Positions 1 to 15,915 of a DNA stretch of 64,000 nt are shown here, piece by piece. A program made the translations under genes and the position numbers. Position 1 is the stretch's first letter; every line of letters starts with the position of its first letter. The stretch is from NCBI GenBank assembly GCA_951406725.2, contig OX597838.1, positions 43,834,001-43,898,000 of the forward strand, given 5' to 3'. This DNA comes from Octopus vulgaris (Eukaryota). The notes beneath the pieces are model-generated. The model was not told where the DNA came from and ran no database searches. It saw only the letters and a list, made by a program, of their open reading frames with translations.

Positions 1-590
1 TCGCTGATTAGCTCCATGAGGCCATCGCCTTAAGCTAGCTATTTGACACACAAACTGCGTCCATTATAACCGTCGAACAAGGGAGGTCAGCCGCTTCATC
101 CTGCCAGTCAGACAGCTACAGACGACGTTTCAGGGTTGTTGCCCCTTATCAATGCAGCGTAGACAGACTTGCAGGTGTCGCTACTGATCGTCTCAGTTCG
201 AAGGCTTTATTTACCTAGTTTGGGTGGAATACATCCACTTGTTTTCAATAATAGAAATATTAAAATTACTAAGTCTCTCTAAAAGAGATTACGGCAGCGT
301 TACTGGAAATTAATAGTTATCGCCATATTAATATGGCAGTCTTATAAATATAAGACTAAAGCTGTCGCTCATTAGCTCCATGAGTAGCGACACCTGCAAG
401 TCTGACTACGCTGCATTGATAAGGGGCAACAACCCTGAAACGTCGTCTGTGGCTGTCTGACTGGCAGGATGAAGCGGCTGACCTCCCTTGTTCGAAGGTT
501 ATAATGGACGCAGTTTGTGTGTCAAATAGCTAGCTTAAGGCGATGGCCTCATGGAGCTAATCAGCGACAGCTTTAGTCTTATATTTATAA
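1..590. mobile_element. Non-coding Penelope-like/retrozyme-type element, family H1 (~364 bp unit, tandem plus inverted copy; truncated by the window start)
   Basis: Position 1 recurs at 365 (period 364). 383-570 is the reverse complement of 1-186. An HHR motif is present in both orientations. The same family occurs at 15101-15690 and 62598-63015. Confidence 0.8.
410..453 (+). ncRNA. Type I hammerhead ribozyme, U3-A8 core variant (mirror copy on the minus strand at 115-158)
   Basis: gctgca-TTGATAA-gggg caacaa ccct-GAAA-cgtcg-TC-tgtggc: stems I, II and III are formable and the cleavage triplet is GUC. Confidence 0.7.
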
Positions 591-599
591 GAAAAAACA

Positions 600-804
600 G
601 ACACACAAGCACACACACACACACATATATATATATACGACGGGCTTCTTTCAGTTTACGTCTACCAAATCCACTCACAAGGCTTTGGTCGGCCCGAGGC
701 TATAGTAGAAGACACTTGCCCAAGGTGCCACGCAGTGGGACTGAACCTGAACCCGGAACTGTGTGGTTGGTAAGCAAGCTACTTACCACACAGCCACTCC
801 TGCG

Positions 805-808
<4 letters not shown>
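600..808 (-). mobile_element. tRNA-derived SINE family A, 5' part
   Basis: Reverse complement reads ggcgcaggagtggctgtgtggtaagtagcttgcttaccaaccac...gggttcagtcccactgcgtggcacc with A/B-box-like motifs. More than 15 related pieces are in the window. Confidence 0.85.
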
Positions 809-849
<41 letters not shown>

Positions 850-877
850 AATATATGCATACATATATGTACCTACC

Positions 878-920
<43 letters not shown>

Positions 921-926
<6 letters not shown>

Positions 927-1230
927 ATCACGTGACCGACCAGTCCATCAGATGTAGTTACACATCGCTGGTCACAATGCGTTCGCATTGTTTTAGCCTT
1001 CGAATGACGCCACCCCGCTGGCTAAGCGAGCAGGCCAACAGAAGAAAGAGTGAGAGAAAGAGTGGTGAAAGAGTACAGCAGGGATCACCACCCCCAGCCG
1101 GAGCGTCGTGGAGCTTTTAGGTGTTTTCGCTCAATAAACACACACAACGCCCGGTCTGGGAATCGAAACAGCGATCCTATGACCGCGAGTCCGCTGCCCT
1201 AACCACTGGGCCATTGGGCCATTGCGCCTC
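921..1230 (-). mobile_element. tRNA-derived SINE family C
   Basis: Minus-strand head ggaggcgcaatggcccagtggttagggcagcggactcgcggtc...gtttcgattccc. The 3' end is the palindrome CACGTGATCACGTG abutting (TA)n. A second copy is at 43121-43372. Confidence 0.8.
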
Positions 1231-1369
1231 CACACACACACACACACACACAGACATATATATATATATATATAATATATGCATATATATAAATATATGC
1301 ATATATACATGCATATATGTACATACCTACACACACACACGCACGCACACACACACACACATACACACG

Positions 1370-1400
<31 letters not shown>

Positions 1401-1679
1401 GAGTGCACATATTTATATATGCACTTATATATATATATATATATACGTATACATACATGCCTATATATACATATACATAAACATACAGGCACATACACAC
1501 ACACAACGCTCGCGCACGCACACACACACGCACGCACACACACGTACGCACATACACGCACACACATATAATTCTAGGGTCTCCGCTTCGTGCAGCTCTG
1601 ATCTGTTTTCAGTTAATTCTAGCGGAGTGAAAATTAACGCGCACCAGCACTATTTGGTGTTTTTGCAAATAATAGTGAA

Positions 1680-1876
1680 GGCACATGGCTCAGTGGTTAG
1701 AATGTAGGACACATAATCATGAGGTAGTGAGATCAATTCCTGGACCTGACTATGTGTTGTGTTCTTGAGCAAGACACTTTATTTCACGTTGCTCTAGTCC
1801 ACTCAGCTGTAGAAAAGAGTTGCCACGTCACTGGAGCAACGAGAAATAAAGTGTCTTGCTCAAGAACACAACACAC
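1680..1876 (+). mobile_element. tRNA-derived SINE family D with internal inverted duplication
   Basis: Head ggcacatggctcagtggttag...; the core gtgttgtgttcttgagcaagacactttatttc is repeated in inverted form at ~1830-1876. Related pieces lie at 42915-43080 and 60790-60890. Confidence 0.65.
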
Positions 1877-3818
1877 AGCCCATATATATGCATATTTGCA
1901 TGCATATTTATGTATATATATGTATATATGCATGTATATGTATGTATGTATGTATATGTATGTATGTATGTATATATATATATATATATACATATGTACG
2001 TATACATACACATACCTGTATATATAGGGCAGGAGACAAGAAACAACCCGTCTTGCCAAGTTGCCTGTGTTTCGTTCCTCCATATGTGTATCGTTGTATG
2101 TCGGTTTACTTTGTTCTTTCTTCGAGAACTTCTGCATTTCTGTGCTCTCATGCAACTCTCTCATCACAGACGCCAGTGATTCTATGACAATATTACGAAC
2201 GTAAAATTAGCGCTGGAACGGAAAAGCAGTCAATTCCTCGTTGCATCAACATAGATGTACGTATGCTGTGTATATGAATGGATATATGCATGTATGTTGA
2301 TATGTACGAAATTTAATACGTCAATTCATTGCTATTTTTAATCATGGGAAGTTAACATAAGCCTAAAGGTGAAATTTCTCAAATTAAAATTACGCAACTG
2401 CAGGTTTTTCGTAATATATTTAGAGAAGTTTTATCAGAAATATAATTAGTTTTGAATTAAAGCAAATTAGCTTTTACAGTTTGAAATACTACATTTGTGA
2501 AAAAATAAGATAATCGATATTATAAAATGCTATTCACCAGCGGATATATAGGAAACGATATGATATATTTCAACAAGCGTTTTGATGTTATCTCACCTAC
2601 AACCAGCATCTCGAATAACTTCAAGAAATAGTTGATAGATACACATGTATGTGTGTATGTGGGTGCGCCCGTGTGAGTGTGTGTGTATAAATATACATGT
2701 ATATCTATCTATCTATACATACATAATATTATGTATATATATATATTTATATGCCTACACACACACATACACAAATATACTGCATTAAGTGTTCAATTTA
2801 GAAATTAATGCTGTATATTCTCTTGGGAATCTTAACGGTTGATCTACAAGACTTGCTTTGCGATGCGCAGTGAACGGATGGCGAGCAAATCGTAGACTTA
2901 ACAGATCGAAGATATTTTTGTAGCAGCATTTGCTGGTGCTTTGATATTTGTTTGTTAAAATAGTTGGGCAGTAATCATAGGGGTGGCGGTTCGAGTAGTG
3001 TAGTCATGGTCCACAAATCACGGTTTCGATTTCAGTCATGGCACAATGAGTTGTGTTCCAGATGAGTTGTGTTCAGGATAAACAAGAGTGCATTTGCACC
3101 AAAAGCGCGTAGAAGGGTGTCTCTCATGTTATCTGCCTCGGTATAGCTTGTTCTAACAGAACATTCTCGTTTCAGAGGGGATAAATATTAACTCTCGGGG
3201 TTAATACTACCTGTCACTAATAAATATTTCATTTCTCTTTTCTACAGTCCACTCAGCTGTAAAAGATTACCCTATCCCCGCCAGGCGACGGACCGGAGGA
3301 ATGTTGCACCATAGAAACGGAGTAGCTGGTCCTATAAATCAATAATGTCGAAGTGATGAGGCGGCGAGATGGCAGAAACGTCTGTCTTTACATTCTGAGT
3401 TCAATTTCTGTCATGGTCAACTTTGCTTTTCATCATTTAGGGGTCGATAAAGTAAGTACCAGCTACGTACTGGGGTCGATGCAGTCGACTGGCGCCTCCC
3501 CCAAAATTTCGGGCCTTTTGCCTAGAGTAGAAAAGAATAATATCTAAGTGATGATGATGATGGAAGCAGCCACATCACCCTTAAATATCCTACGCTTATT
3601 AATATCGCGAAGCATTTTTTTTAAAGAGAGGAAAGACATATTATTATGTACTCTACGCTGTACGAAGTTTAAACATAGTACAAAGAGTGGAATACTTTTG
3701 ATCGTATATTTGATAGTTCAGAAGATACCACCGTGAGTTCTACAGCGGACAAAATGTCGCTAAATATTTTAACCGGCGTACTAATGATTCTGTCAGCTCG
3801 CTGCCTTAAAATTATATT

Positions 3819-4389
3819 CAGTAATCCCTCGCCGTATCGTAGTTCACCTGTTGCAGTTTATTATTTAAGCTTACGTGCATTTATAATAAAATAAATAAAT
3901 ACAAATAATAAAAAGAATATATACTAAGTGATTCCGGGTTCAGTCCCACTGCGTGGCACCTTGGGCATGTGTCTTCTACTATAGCCTCGGTCCAACCAAA
4001 GCCTTGTGAGTGGATTTGGTAGACGGAAACTGAAAGAAGCCCGTCGTATATATGTGTATATATATATATATGCGTGTGTGTGTTTGTGTCTGTGTTTGTC
4101 CCCCTAGCATTGCTTGACAACCGATGCTGGTGTGTTTATGTCCCCGTTACTTAGCGGTTCGGCAAAAGAGACAGATAGAATAAGTACTGGGCTTACAAAA
4201 GAATAAGTCCCGGGGTGGAGTTGCTCGATTAAAGGCGGTGCTCCAGCATGGCCGCAGTCAAATGACTGAAACAAGTAAAAGAGTAAAAGAGTAAAAGAGA
4301 ATACTGTACAGTACTGCTTGTACTTCGCGGATTTTCGCCTATCGCGGGGTTTTGGGAGCGTAACACCCGCGATAGTCGAGGGATTATTG
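3819..4389. mobile_element. Tigger/pogo-like MITE relic with a nested SINE A
   Basis: Terminal inverted repeats cagtaatccctcg and cgagggattattg, with TA after the right end. Confidence 0.6.
3925..4299 (+). mobile_element. SINE A, 5'-truncated, with complete 3' tail
   Basis: ttccgggttcagtcccactgcgtggcacc...gcatggccgcagtcaaatgactgaaacaagtaaaagagtaaaagag, ending in a (gtaaaaga)n tail. Confidence 0.85.
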
Positions 4390-4429
4390 TATCATATCAT
4401 TTTATCATACGTCTCAAAATAATACTTCT

Positions 4430-5260
4430 TTCGAATTTTGGCAGAAATACCAGAAAGTTTGAGGGAGGTGGAAGTGGTTTACATGGACCCCAGTGCCCTA
4501 CTGGTACTTACTTTATCGACCCCGAAGGTATCAAAAGCAAAATCGACCTTATGGGAATTTGAACTCTATACATAAAAAAAACCGGAAGAAATTCCGCTAA
4601 TTATTGTGTCCGGCGCGGTAATAATTCTTTCCGTTCGCCGCCTCTTTGAATACCTGCATATGAACTTTGATGCCATTATTACTTTAGGATATAAAGGCGG
4701 CGAGCTGGGAGAATGGTTAGCACGCCGGGCGGAATGCGTAGCGGTGTTTCGTCAGCCTTCTTGATCTGAGTTCAAGTTCCGCCGAGGTCGACTTTGCCTT
4801 CCATCCTTTCGGGGTCGATAAATTAAGTACCAGTTACGCACTTGGGTCGATGTAACCGACTAGTCCCCCCCCCATATTTCAGGCCTTGTCTCTTTAGTAG
4901 AAAGGATTATTAATTAAAGAATAAAAAGTTGGCGAGCTAGCAGAATGGTTAGCGGTATTTCATCTGTCTTTGCGTTCTGCGTTCAAATTCCGTCGAGGTC
5001 GACTTTGCCTTTCACCCTTTCGGGGTAAATAAATTAAAGTACCAGTCAAGTACTGGGGTCAATATGATCAATTTACCTCCTCCTCCAAAATTTCGGGCCT
5101 TGTGCCTACAGTAGAAAGGATTATTAAGGATATGCTGGCATGCCGGACAAAATGCTAAGTGGCATTTTTTCCGGATTTAAGTTCTGAGTTCATATTCCAT
5201 CAAGCCGGGGTCGGTGAAATAAGTGCCAGTCGAGGTATTGTGCTTTTCAGTAGAAAAGAT
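4430..5260. mobile_element. Cluster of SINE family B copies (one minus strand, about three plus strand)
   Basis: Head ggcggcgagctggcagaa..gttagcacgccgggcgaaatgc, B-box gagttcaa.ttcc, core ccatcctttcggggtcgataaattaagtaccag, tail ...gtagaaaggattatta. Other copies at 3360-3545, 10190-10360, 29703-29862, 36803-36925, 42029-42240 and 51137-51300. Confidence 0.8.
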
Positions 5261-5620
5261 TAATTTTGGATCTGATCTGATGCTTAAGGAAGTCTTTAGT
5301 CTCGATATTTTTTAATATATACACCCAAAATGTGCGTACATATTCAAAATACATATTAGATTAGAACAATGTTAATTGCAATCATTATCTTTGCAGGTGT
5401 GTATGTTTAATTTCTTGCCACTATTATCGCGTTTCTTGCTGTTACAATACATTAAAGGTGTATATGAATGTGCGATTAGCATAACCACAGCAATAACTGT
5501 ATGTTTAATATTGAGTTGTTTTAAATTTCATTTTATATAATCTAATTTAGTTAATTACAGTAAACATTAACGCAACTTTTAAGCTCTCCTAACAAAAGAA
5601 CATAAAAGTAGCAGGTGCAC

Positions 5621-5666
<46 letters not shown>

Positions 5667-6861
5667 GAATTAAGAAAATAAAATTCAACAAAACTTGATG
5701 TGAGTGATTTTGTGGTTTCGTTTGTGGACGTGATGGTGGTATAGGAGCTAAATAACTCTGTAGAATGATGATATTCCTGAAATACGATTGTGTTTGAGTG
5801 AATCCTACGAAATGGAATTTCAAATAATACAGAATGTTAATTTCCTTCCATCATGTTAAACAATTTGCAACGAGTATTAAATAAGAAAGCGGTCGATGCG
5901 TTCGCAGGTAGAAGTAATTTAAATCAATTTACACTTAACAGTGGGTGGAACGCAGTACCTTGACATGATAGGCTGAGAAAAATCAATTAACTCTAGAAAA
6001 AGCCGTATCATATACAATATGTATACATGTTGGTAGTGTTGGTAGTGTGCCTGCTTATATTGTTAGAAGATAGAAGGTGATATTGTCTAAGGTACTTTCT
6101 TGGGTGTTAGATACTAGAGATAGGTATTAATAACAAAATATATGTGGGTATCAAAGCTGAGTAGGTATTATTGAAGCTTATTTTTTCTTTTTACTCGCAA
6201 TTAAGAGTACATTTTCGGAGAGATTTTCAATATAAGCAACTTCACTAAATACGATACTCCCTGTAGCAATTAAAACATCAGTGATACGATTTGAAGAATA
6301 TAAATTTTGTAGATAGATTCCGAAACATCCTAAGATTAACATAATACTTTCTAACTTAGAATGGACAAGGCCAGCTGTGGAGAAGGATTAGTCGATTTAA
6401 CTGATTCCAGTTCTTGAGTGAAACATTATTTTACAAATACCGAAAGGAAAGGCTGATCTTGATTGGTTGTGAATCGAGAATAAATACGGTCAGAGATTTT
6501 CTGTCGCTGCTCTAACAACACAACTAATCTGCAATTACTTTAATATTTTTCCTCAATACATTTACAGTCAGCACGAAGTCCAGCGCGAAGAAAATTTCTG
6601 ATTGAAGAAATATATTTGCTTCAACGCAGGCGTGTTTGTGTGGTAAGAGGTTCGCTTCCCAACCACATGGTTCAGAGTTCAGTCACACAGCGTGGCAGCT
6701 TGGCCAAGTGACTTCTACAATAGTCACGGACCGAACAAAGCCTTGTGAGTGAATTTGGTAGACGGAAACTGAAAGAAGCCCGTCGCATATATGCATATAT
6801 ATCAGCGATTATTCCCACACAAATAAGGAGAGGCACATAAATAAGAAAGAAGAATGCAAAG

Positions 6862-6905
6862 GACCACTGATGAGGTCACAGAAGTGTGACGAAAGAACTC
6901 TGGTC
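6862..6905 (+). ncRNA. Minimal type I hammerhead ribozyme
   Basis: gacca-CTGATGA-g gtcaca gaag tgtgac-GAAA-gaac-TC-tggtc: 5 bp stem I, 6 bp stem II, CUC triplet. Confidence 0.7.
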
Positions 6906-7559
6906 GAAATAAGATTATTGTAAAAAATAAATAACGCAGAAGCAAATTAACACCAAATATATAGTGCGTGTGTTTTTATTGGCTAAACTGGCAAAATGAC
7001 CATTCCTAAATACAACAATGCCTGTTTCAACACACGATTTCACATCAAGAATCTTGCAGAACAAATATATAAACGTAAGAAAACAAATCATTTCTGAATA
7101 TTGAAGGATGAGAATGTAAAATCTGAGTATGGAATGGATTGATACTGGAATTTAAGAATGAAACTCAGCATTATCGTGTAATATGATAAAAAGCCAAGAA
7201 TGTCTAATGTCGGTCACGTTGTAAGGAAGTAAGGGAACGGAAACAGACGGCGTGGAAGAGAGTGGCAGTGAGAGAGAGACGCTGAGAAACTCTGAATTTT
7301 TATAGTAAATTGTATTTACTTTAGCAGTAACTCTCTCTCTCGCTCTCTCTCTCTCCCTCGCTTTGTCTCTCTCTCTCTTTCACACACACACACACACACA
7401 CCTACGCATGCACGCACGCACACACACACACAAGGGCACATACACTCATACACACAATTACGTATATATGAAATTAAATATTAAACACTTTTGTTTTCAA
7501 AATATTTCCGTCCACATAACGCATATATAAATGCTACGTGAACGATAATATAATATATA

Positions 7560-7643
<84 letters not shown>

Positions 7644-7789
7644 ATATAATGAGTGAAAGAGAGAAAGGGAGAAAGAAATAGTGAGGGAAAGAGAGAAGGA
7701 AAAAGACGGTGATTGCCGTACGCTGAAGACAGGCAAATACCTCGAAACTGCAGTGGTTAGCCATATTGAGATGGCTAGTATACTTTACG

Positions 7790-7827
<38 letters not shown>

Positions 7828-8092
7828 ATCTCTCTCTATATGTAAATGTACATATATATGTATATATATATTTATTAAGGTATGTAGAAAAATACAACAT
7901 GGACAAGAACGTATAACTCTTAGAAGACGACACAATAAACACGGACAGGACATTCGAAACCCTCAGTCTTCAGTCAAGAACCGGATCATCGTAGTAATTT
8001 CGGCTGATTAATCTTGAGATTACTAGATCACGGCCAGCCCTCCAAGAAAAACCAAGCAACGAGCATTAGAAAAACTAAGCTTATATATATAT

Positions 8093-8570
<478 letters not shown>

Positions 8571-8665
8571 ATCGCTTATATAACGGTCGACCAAAGTCAT
8601 GTGAGTAGATTTGGTGGACGGAAACTGGAAGAAGACCCTCATATATATGTATATATGTATGCTTA

Positions 8666-8730
<65 letters not shown>

Positions 8731-8733
8731 ATG

Positions 8734-8764
<31 letters not shown>

Positions 8765-9459
8765 TTATGTATGTTTGTGTGTGTGTGTCTGTGCGTATAC
8801 ACAAAGATACATTATATGGGTGATATTTTCAACCGGGACGTTATATTCGTATCTGATTCTTCGACTGCTTCAATTCTGTGTATCAACATAGACTTACTAG
8901 ATTACTGACATTTATAAATGGTTACCCCATTCTGTTGATGTGCTATTTTTTTTATCATGAATAATTCGGTCGGCATTTTTGACGACACGGGTATGCTAGT
9001 TCATGAATAATAGATAAGCGAATCACACAAGTTAGTCTTTGAATAAGATCATGAATGACCATAGAAAAAAAAAAAAAAAAACGCGGAAACGACTCGACTT
9101 TACAGATTAAACAGAAAGAAGGAATTATACAGATAAAATCTATTCGTATTAAAAGAGGAATATTCTAACAGGATTCTATCTTTCCATCACGTTTCTGTCT
9201 GGTATTAACACCTTTAACCAAACATGCTGAATTTTTATGAATAATGATACAAATGCTACTGAATGACAATAAAGTGTTTACATGTTAGATAAAGAAACTT
9301 ATTTAAGCGAATTAGGCTAAACAGACATTTTGGAATTAATCACAGAATACAACATATACTAGCAAAAGAAGAAAAAAAACGCTTTGGAAGATATATTATA
9401 GACGCATTAGATTAATACTTAAAACTGAGCCATTACAACAACAACAACAACAGCCACAC

Positions 9460-9490
<31 letters not shown>

Positions 9491-9491
<1 letters not shown>

Positions 9492-10130
9492 TTAATCAGG
9501 TAACATATATCCATAATCTAGCTACTGCAGTAATAAATTATTGTTAGAATATTCTCAACTGGTCGCAAGTGAATTAACAAGACTAGACAGGAAAACAAGA
9601 AAAGAATGGCTGGACTTAGAATACACTTCGAAAGAATATATTTACATGAATACTGCAACTATAAGTCTATAATAAAGTATCAACAGGAGGACTACAAAAT
9701 GTTTTGTAAGGAATAATAGAAAACTAATACAAATGGCTACAAAACATGAAGGGGAAAAAAACAAATCTTTTCTGACTTCAAGGAAGCGAACAGATAAAGA
9801 CGGAGTCTAAACATATAGACACGAGAAAAAATGAGAAAACAAAATAAATTATAAAGATAAGAACAGAAAATAAAAAAAACAAAATCTTGAAAATAGAGAA
9901 AGATGATTCCACAATGACATGTTAAACAGCGAGAGAAAAAAAGTCGCCCTTATTTGGTTAAAGTCTGCAAAAAAAAAAAGAAAAAAAAGATAAAATCACA
10001 GAGAGTTGGAAAAATAAGAGCAAAAACCTATGGCACCGTCTTAGAAGTGAAGAACTCAAGGCTGTGACTGAAGGTTTCTTTACTGAGGTAAAGGATCAAA
10101 GCTTTTGCTGTAGAAGAAGCTGCCAAATGC
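9491..10130 (+). pseudogene. Degraded R4/Dong-clade non-LTR retrotransposon fragment
   Basis: Frameshifted peptides NQVTYIHNLATAV..NILNW, ELTRLDRKTRK and ELKAVTEGFF..KDQS match the copies at 30-32.6 kb. The fragment follows (TAA)n. Confidence 0.6.
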
Positions 10131-12383
10131 ATACAAACAGGTAAAATTCAAGCAAAACTACCAGATATTGATCTCAAATTTTGGTACAAGGCCAGCAATT
10201 TCTGCTTCAAAACTAGTACTCAACTTGTACTTAATTTATCAACCTCGGAAGGATAAAATGCAACGTGAACCTTGGCTGAATTTGAACTCAGAACTTTAAA
10301 ATGGAAGAAATGCCGTCAAGCATTTCGCCCGACGTCCTAACGATTCTGCTAGCAGCTCGTCAACTTCAGAATCTGCGTGGAAGAAAATGCCCAGCAGAAT
10401 TAAGTTCAGAGCCGAGTTTCGTGACAAGAAAAACTCTCCAAAAACGTCGCCCGTCGAAAAGCTGTCGATGTCGCGCTTCTAATCTTCACACCCTTCTTCT
10501 AGGACAACAATGTGCGACATTCAACCCTGAACTAACCTCGGTCCACTGCGGTTCCATCGAAGAAATGAATTGTTGGGGAGAATACTTCGCTAGCGCTGAC
10601 AATCACCTGTTCACCTTCTGGGAACAACTACAGATGCTGCAAGTTCCAGTCTGTTCCTACCCTTCATTATCTCCTGCATGCTGGATCACTCGGTGTAGAT
10701 GAAAATTTGTTTAGAGCGAAAGAGCAGACTGGTCTACCGACTGGTCTGGTTAAATAAAAGAAATTGGGACAATGCCCATAGAGTTCAGTTAATTAGAAAC
10801 TGACCAGGCGATGTTGAAATCCTGCCAGACATTTCACAGATTGTTACGTCTCGATCTAATTCTTACAGAAACTAGCGACTCGGATCGTAAACTCATCCCA
10901 GTTCCTGGCTACTTTGTAATGTATTTAAAACCTAAAACTCGGTGAATGTGATTATCTTTTATTTCTTTATCTTGTTTCAGTCAGTAGACTGCGGCCGTAC
11001 TGAAGCACGACCTTGAAGTATATCTAAGCGAATCAACGGGCTACAGTACTTATTTCATTTTTGAAAAACCTCATAATCATACTAACGGTGTTTTTGGCCG
11101 AACCACTAAGTTACGGGGACGTACATATACCAACACCGGTTGTCAAGCAATGGTGGGGGACAAACACAGATACCCATAGATATAAATATACACGACGAGC
11201 TGCTTTCAGTTTCCGTCTACCAAATCCACTCACAAGACCCGAGCGTATTGTAGGAGACAATTGACCATGGCGTCACGCAGTGACACAGAACTTCAAAGCA
11301 AGTAGAGAAGCAAGCTTCTTAACACAAGACCATGCCTCACCTTGTGTGCACACAGCCCACGCCTACGCTTATATTATCAACAATTTTGATCTTTTACAAT
11401 TTTGATCTGGGTTCAAAGCACACCGAGTTTTCATGCTTCCGAGGTCGATAAAATAAACTCTCTATCAAGTACTAAGGTCAATAATGTAATCGAGAGTACT
11501 CTCCCCTAACATGTTTGATTTTGTGTCAATGGTGAACATTAAAAGTGCATTTATAACAAGTTTATTTCTTAACCAGAATGTCGTTTCTCAGCTGTTTCTA
11601 CTACAGAAAAAAACATTTTAGAAACAAGGCGATCAATATTTATTATCTAAATGGATAGGGTTTGAACATTCTTCCAAAGGATTCCAAATAGAAATTGTTT
11701 AAGCTGATATTGGAAACTGTTTAAAGTTATAACTTCATAAAATAAAATAAAAATAAAAATTCGTTCGACTATTAAGAATTTCTATTGGAGAAACTTTTTT
11801 TAAAATTTAAATTTTTAAAGTGTTTGAAATGTGGACACATTTAAAAAAAAAAAAAAGAAAAAGTCGTCCATGCAAATTTGTTGAAATGTTTCCTGTTTTC
11901 ATTAGTACATCTTCGAAAACTCAAATAAAACAGTTTAATTATTATCTCAAATGGAAAATATATGTAATTTCAATCGGAAAAGAAGAATACAATATCTATA
12001 TTTTCCAACAGATAAATTCAAACAATTCACACATTTATTCACTTATATACAGCCCTTTCAATACACATGAAAGCTTCTTCGGGTGTCGTAATTTTGATAT
12101 TTAGAAATTTAGATCTTCAAAAGAAATATAAGTTTTCTCTTCAACGCTGTCCTCCTTTTAATCATATTTGTAAAGTGTATTCTTTCTTTTATCTTACATA
12201 GACTTAAACTTGATATTTCCTTTATCAGTGTTATATTATAGTATATCTTTTATCATTTTTCTCTGTTTTCAAGTCATCATATTCAGCAACAATTATTTAA
12301 TCGACAATATAATTATCTATAACTACGCCGTTTTGGGAGAAAACAAACAATGGTAACAATAACGATCAATTCAAACTATTGTT

Positions 12384-14245
<1,862 letters not shown>

Positions 14246-14339
14246 CATACATATATACATACATATATACATACATATATATAAATATATACATACATAC
14301 ATATATATATGTATGTATTTATATATGTACATATAAGCA

Positions 14340-15010
14340 AATCAAATGCAAAAATTAAAATAAGAACAAGAACAACAAAAGTCAAAAGGACGCACCTGGT
14401 ATATTAGGTTGACGCTCAGTTTAAGATGGGAAAAAGAGAGGATTTGACGTCTCGAGCGTGAGTTTTCGTCAGAAACAGGAAAGACAAAAGTGGAAAGGTC
14501 CGGACAGAAGTAAAGGAATAGTTTGAGAAAAGCACGTGTGTTGATACATGGCTGAATGCACACACAAACAGACACACATATATATTAGACAGAATGAGAT
14601 ACCAAAGCCGAGGATGTGAGGAGTTTTCAGGACGTTTATAATGAAATACTTATACAGCTGTTTCTGGGATATTATGGATACCCCTTCATCAGAGACGTTG
14701 TGAGAATTTGAGTTCGAATTATTATGGAAAAGGAGGAGATAGGGAATATAGAGGGAAATAAGTGAATGAAAGTAGAAATAAGATATATAAAGATATTGTA
14801 GTTGCAGTTCCATTATTCGAGGAAAACGGTGTATAGAAGTGGTTAAAAAGTTTCCTGTATATGGTAAGTTCCAATAGCAGTTCCTGTTTAGTCATTTCAA
14901 AGTATGGAGCCATAGAATCAGTGTTGCTTGTTCGAAAGGGTTTTGTGGTGTGAGTGAAAATTTGAGAATGTTTTGGTAGTATTTATGGATAAAGGAGGGT
15001 GAGGAGCGAT
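14340..15010 (-). mobile_element. Degenerate PLE-type fragments with two HHR-like motifs
   Basis: Minus strand CTGATGA-aggggtat..atccca-GAAA-cagctg-TA at 14649-14700 (poor stem I) and CTGACGA..gctc-GAGA-cgtc at 14441-14476 (mutated). Confidence 0.5.
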
Positions 15011-15032
15011 GTATATATATACATACATGTAT

Positions 15033-15094
<62 letters not shown>

Positions 15095-15100
15095 CTATAT

Positions 15101-15690
15101 ATAATAGAAATATTAAAATTACTAAGTCTCTCTAAAGGAGATTACGGCAGCGTTACTGGATATTAATAGTTATCGCCATACTAATATGGCAGTCTATAAA
15201 TATAAGACTAAAGCTGTCGCTGATTAGCTCCAAGAAGCCATCGCCTCTAGCTAGCTATATGACACACGAACCTGCGTCCATTACAACCTTCAAGCAGGGG
15301 AGGTCAGCCGCTTCACCTTGCTAGTCAGACATCTGCAGACGACGTTTCAGGGTTGTTGCCCTCTATCAATGCAGCGTAGTCAGACCCAGCAGGTGTCGCT
15401 ACTGACCGTCTGTTCGAAGATTTTATTTACCTAGTTACAGTGGAATACATCCACTTGTCTTCAATAATAGAAATATTAAAATTACTAGTTTCTCTAAAGG
15501 AGATTACGGCAGCGTTACTGGATATTAATAGTTATCGCCATACTAATATGGCAGTCTATAAATATAAGACTAAAGCAGGTTCGTGTGTCATATAGCTAGC
15601 TAGAGGCGATGGTCTCTTGGAGCTAATCAGCGACAGCTTTAGTGTTATATTTATAGACTGCCATATTAGTATGGCGATTACTATTAATAT
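15101..15690. mobile_element. Family H1 copy: partial tandem (363 bp period) plus inverted segment, within (TA)n
   Basis: 15101 recurs at 15464. The inverted piece spans ~15575-15690. An HHR-like motif lies on the minus strand at 15333-15374. Confidence 0.8.
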
Positions 15691-15699
15691 ATATATATA

Positions 15700-15915
15700 T
15701 ATAGTTAATCCAAACAAGAAAACACAGAAAAAACCAAAGCAACGCGAGGATGTGGAACAATTAAAGAATTATTTGACGCTCAGGAAAGAAGGGAAGGAGG
15801 GTTTAACGTTTCGAGCGGAGCTCTTCGTCGGAAAGAAAGGAGAAGGAAAGATTCCGAGAAGGGAAGACAGAGGAAAAAAAATTTTTTGCTGGTGGTGCTC
15901 AAGAGATCACATGTT
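15700..15915 (-). mobile_element. Short HHR-bearing element, family H3 (second copy at ~45000-45185)
   Basis: Minus strand ttt-CCGACGA-a gagc tcc gctc-GAAA-cg-TT-aaac at 15801-15835. The copy at 45101-45138 has CTGACGA. Both are flanked by (TA)n. Confidence 0.65.

Noticed and set aside
551-2187. Many ORFs rich in YI, HT, CV or LSIY repeats, here and throughout the window
   Set aside because: They are stop-free translations of (TA)n, (CA)n and (TATC)n microsatellites, not genes.
10301-10702. 133 aa ORF
   Set aside because: It starts inside an antisense SINE B, and I see no recognisable domain or splice context.
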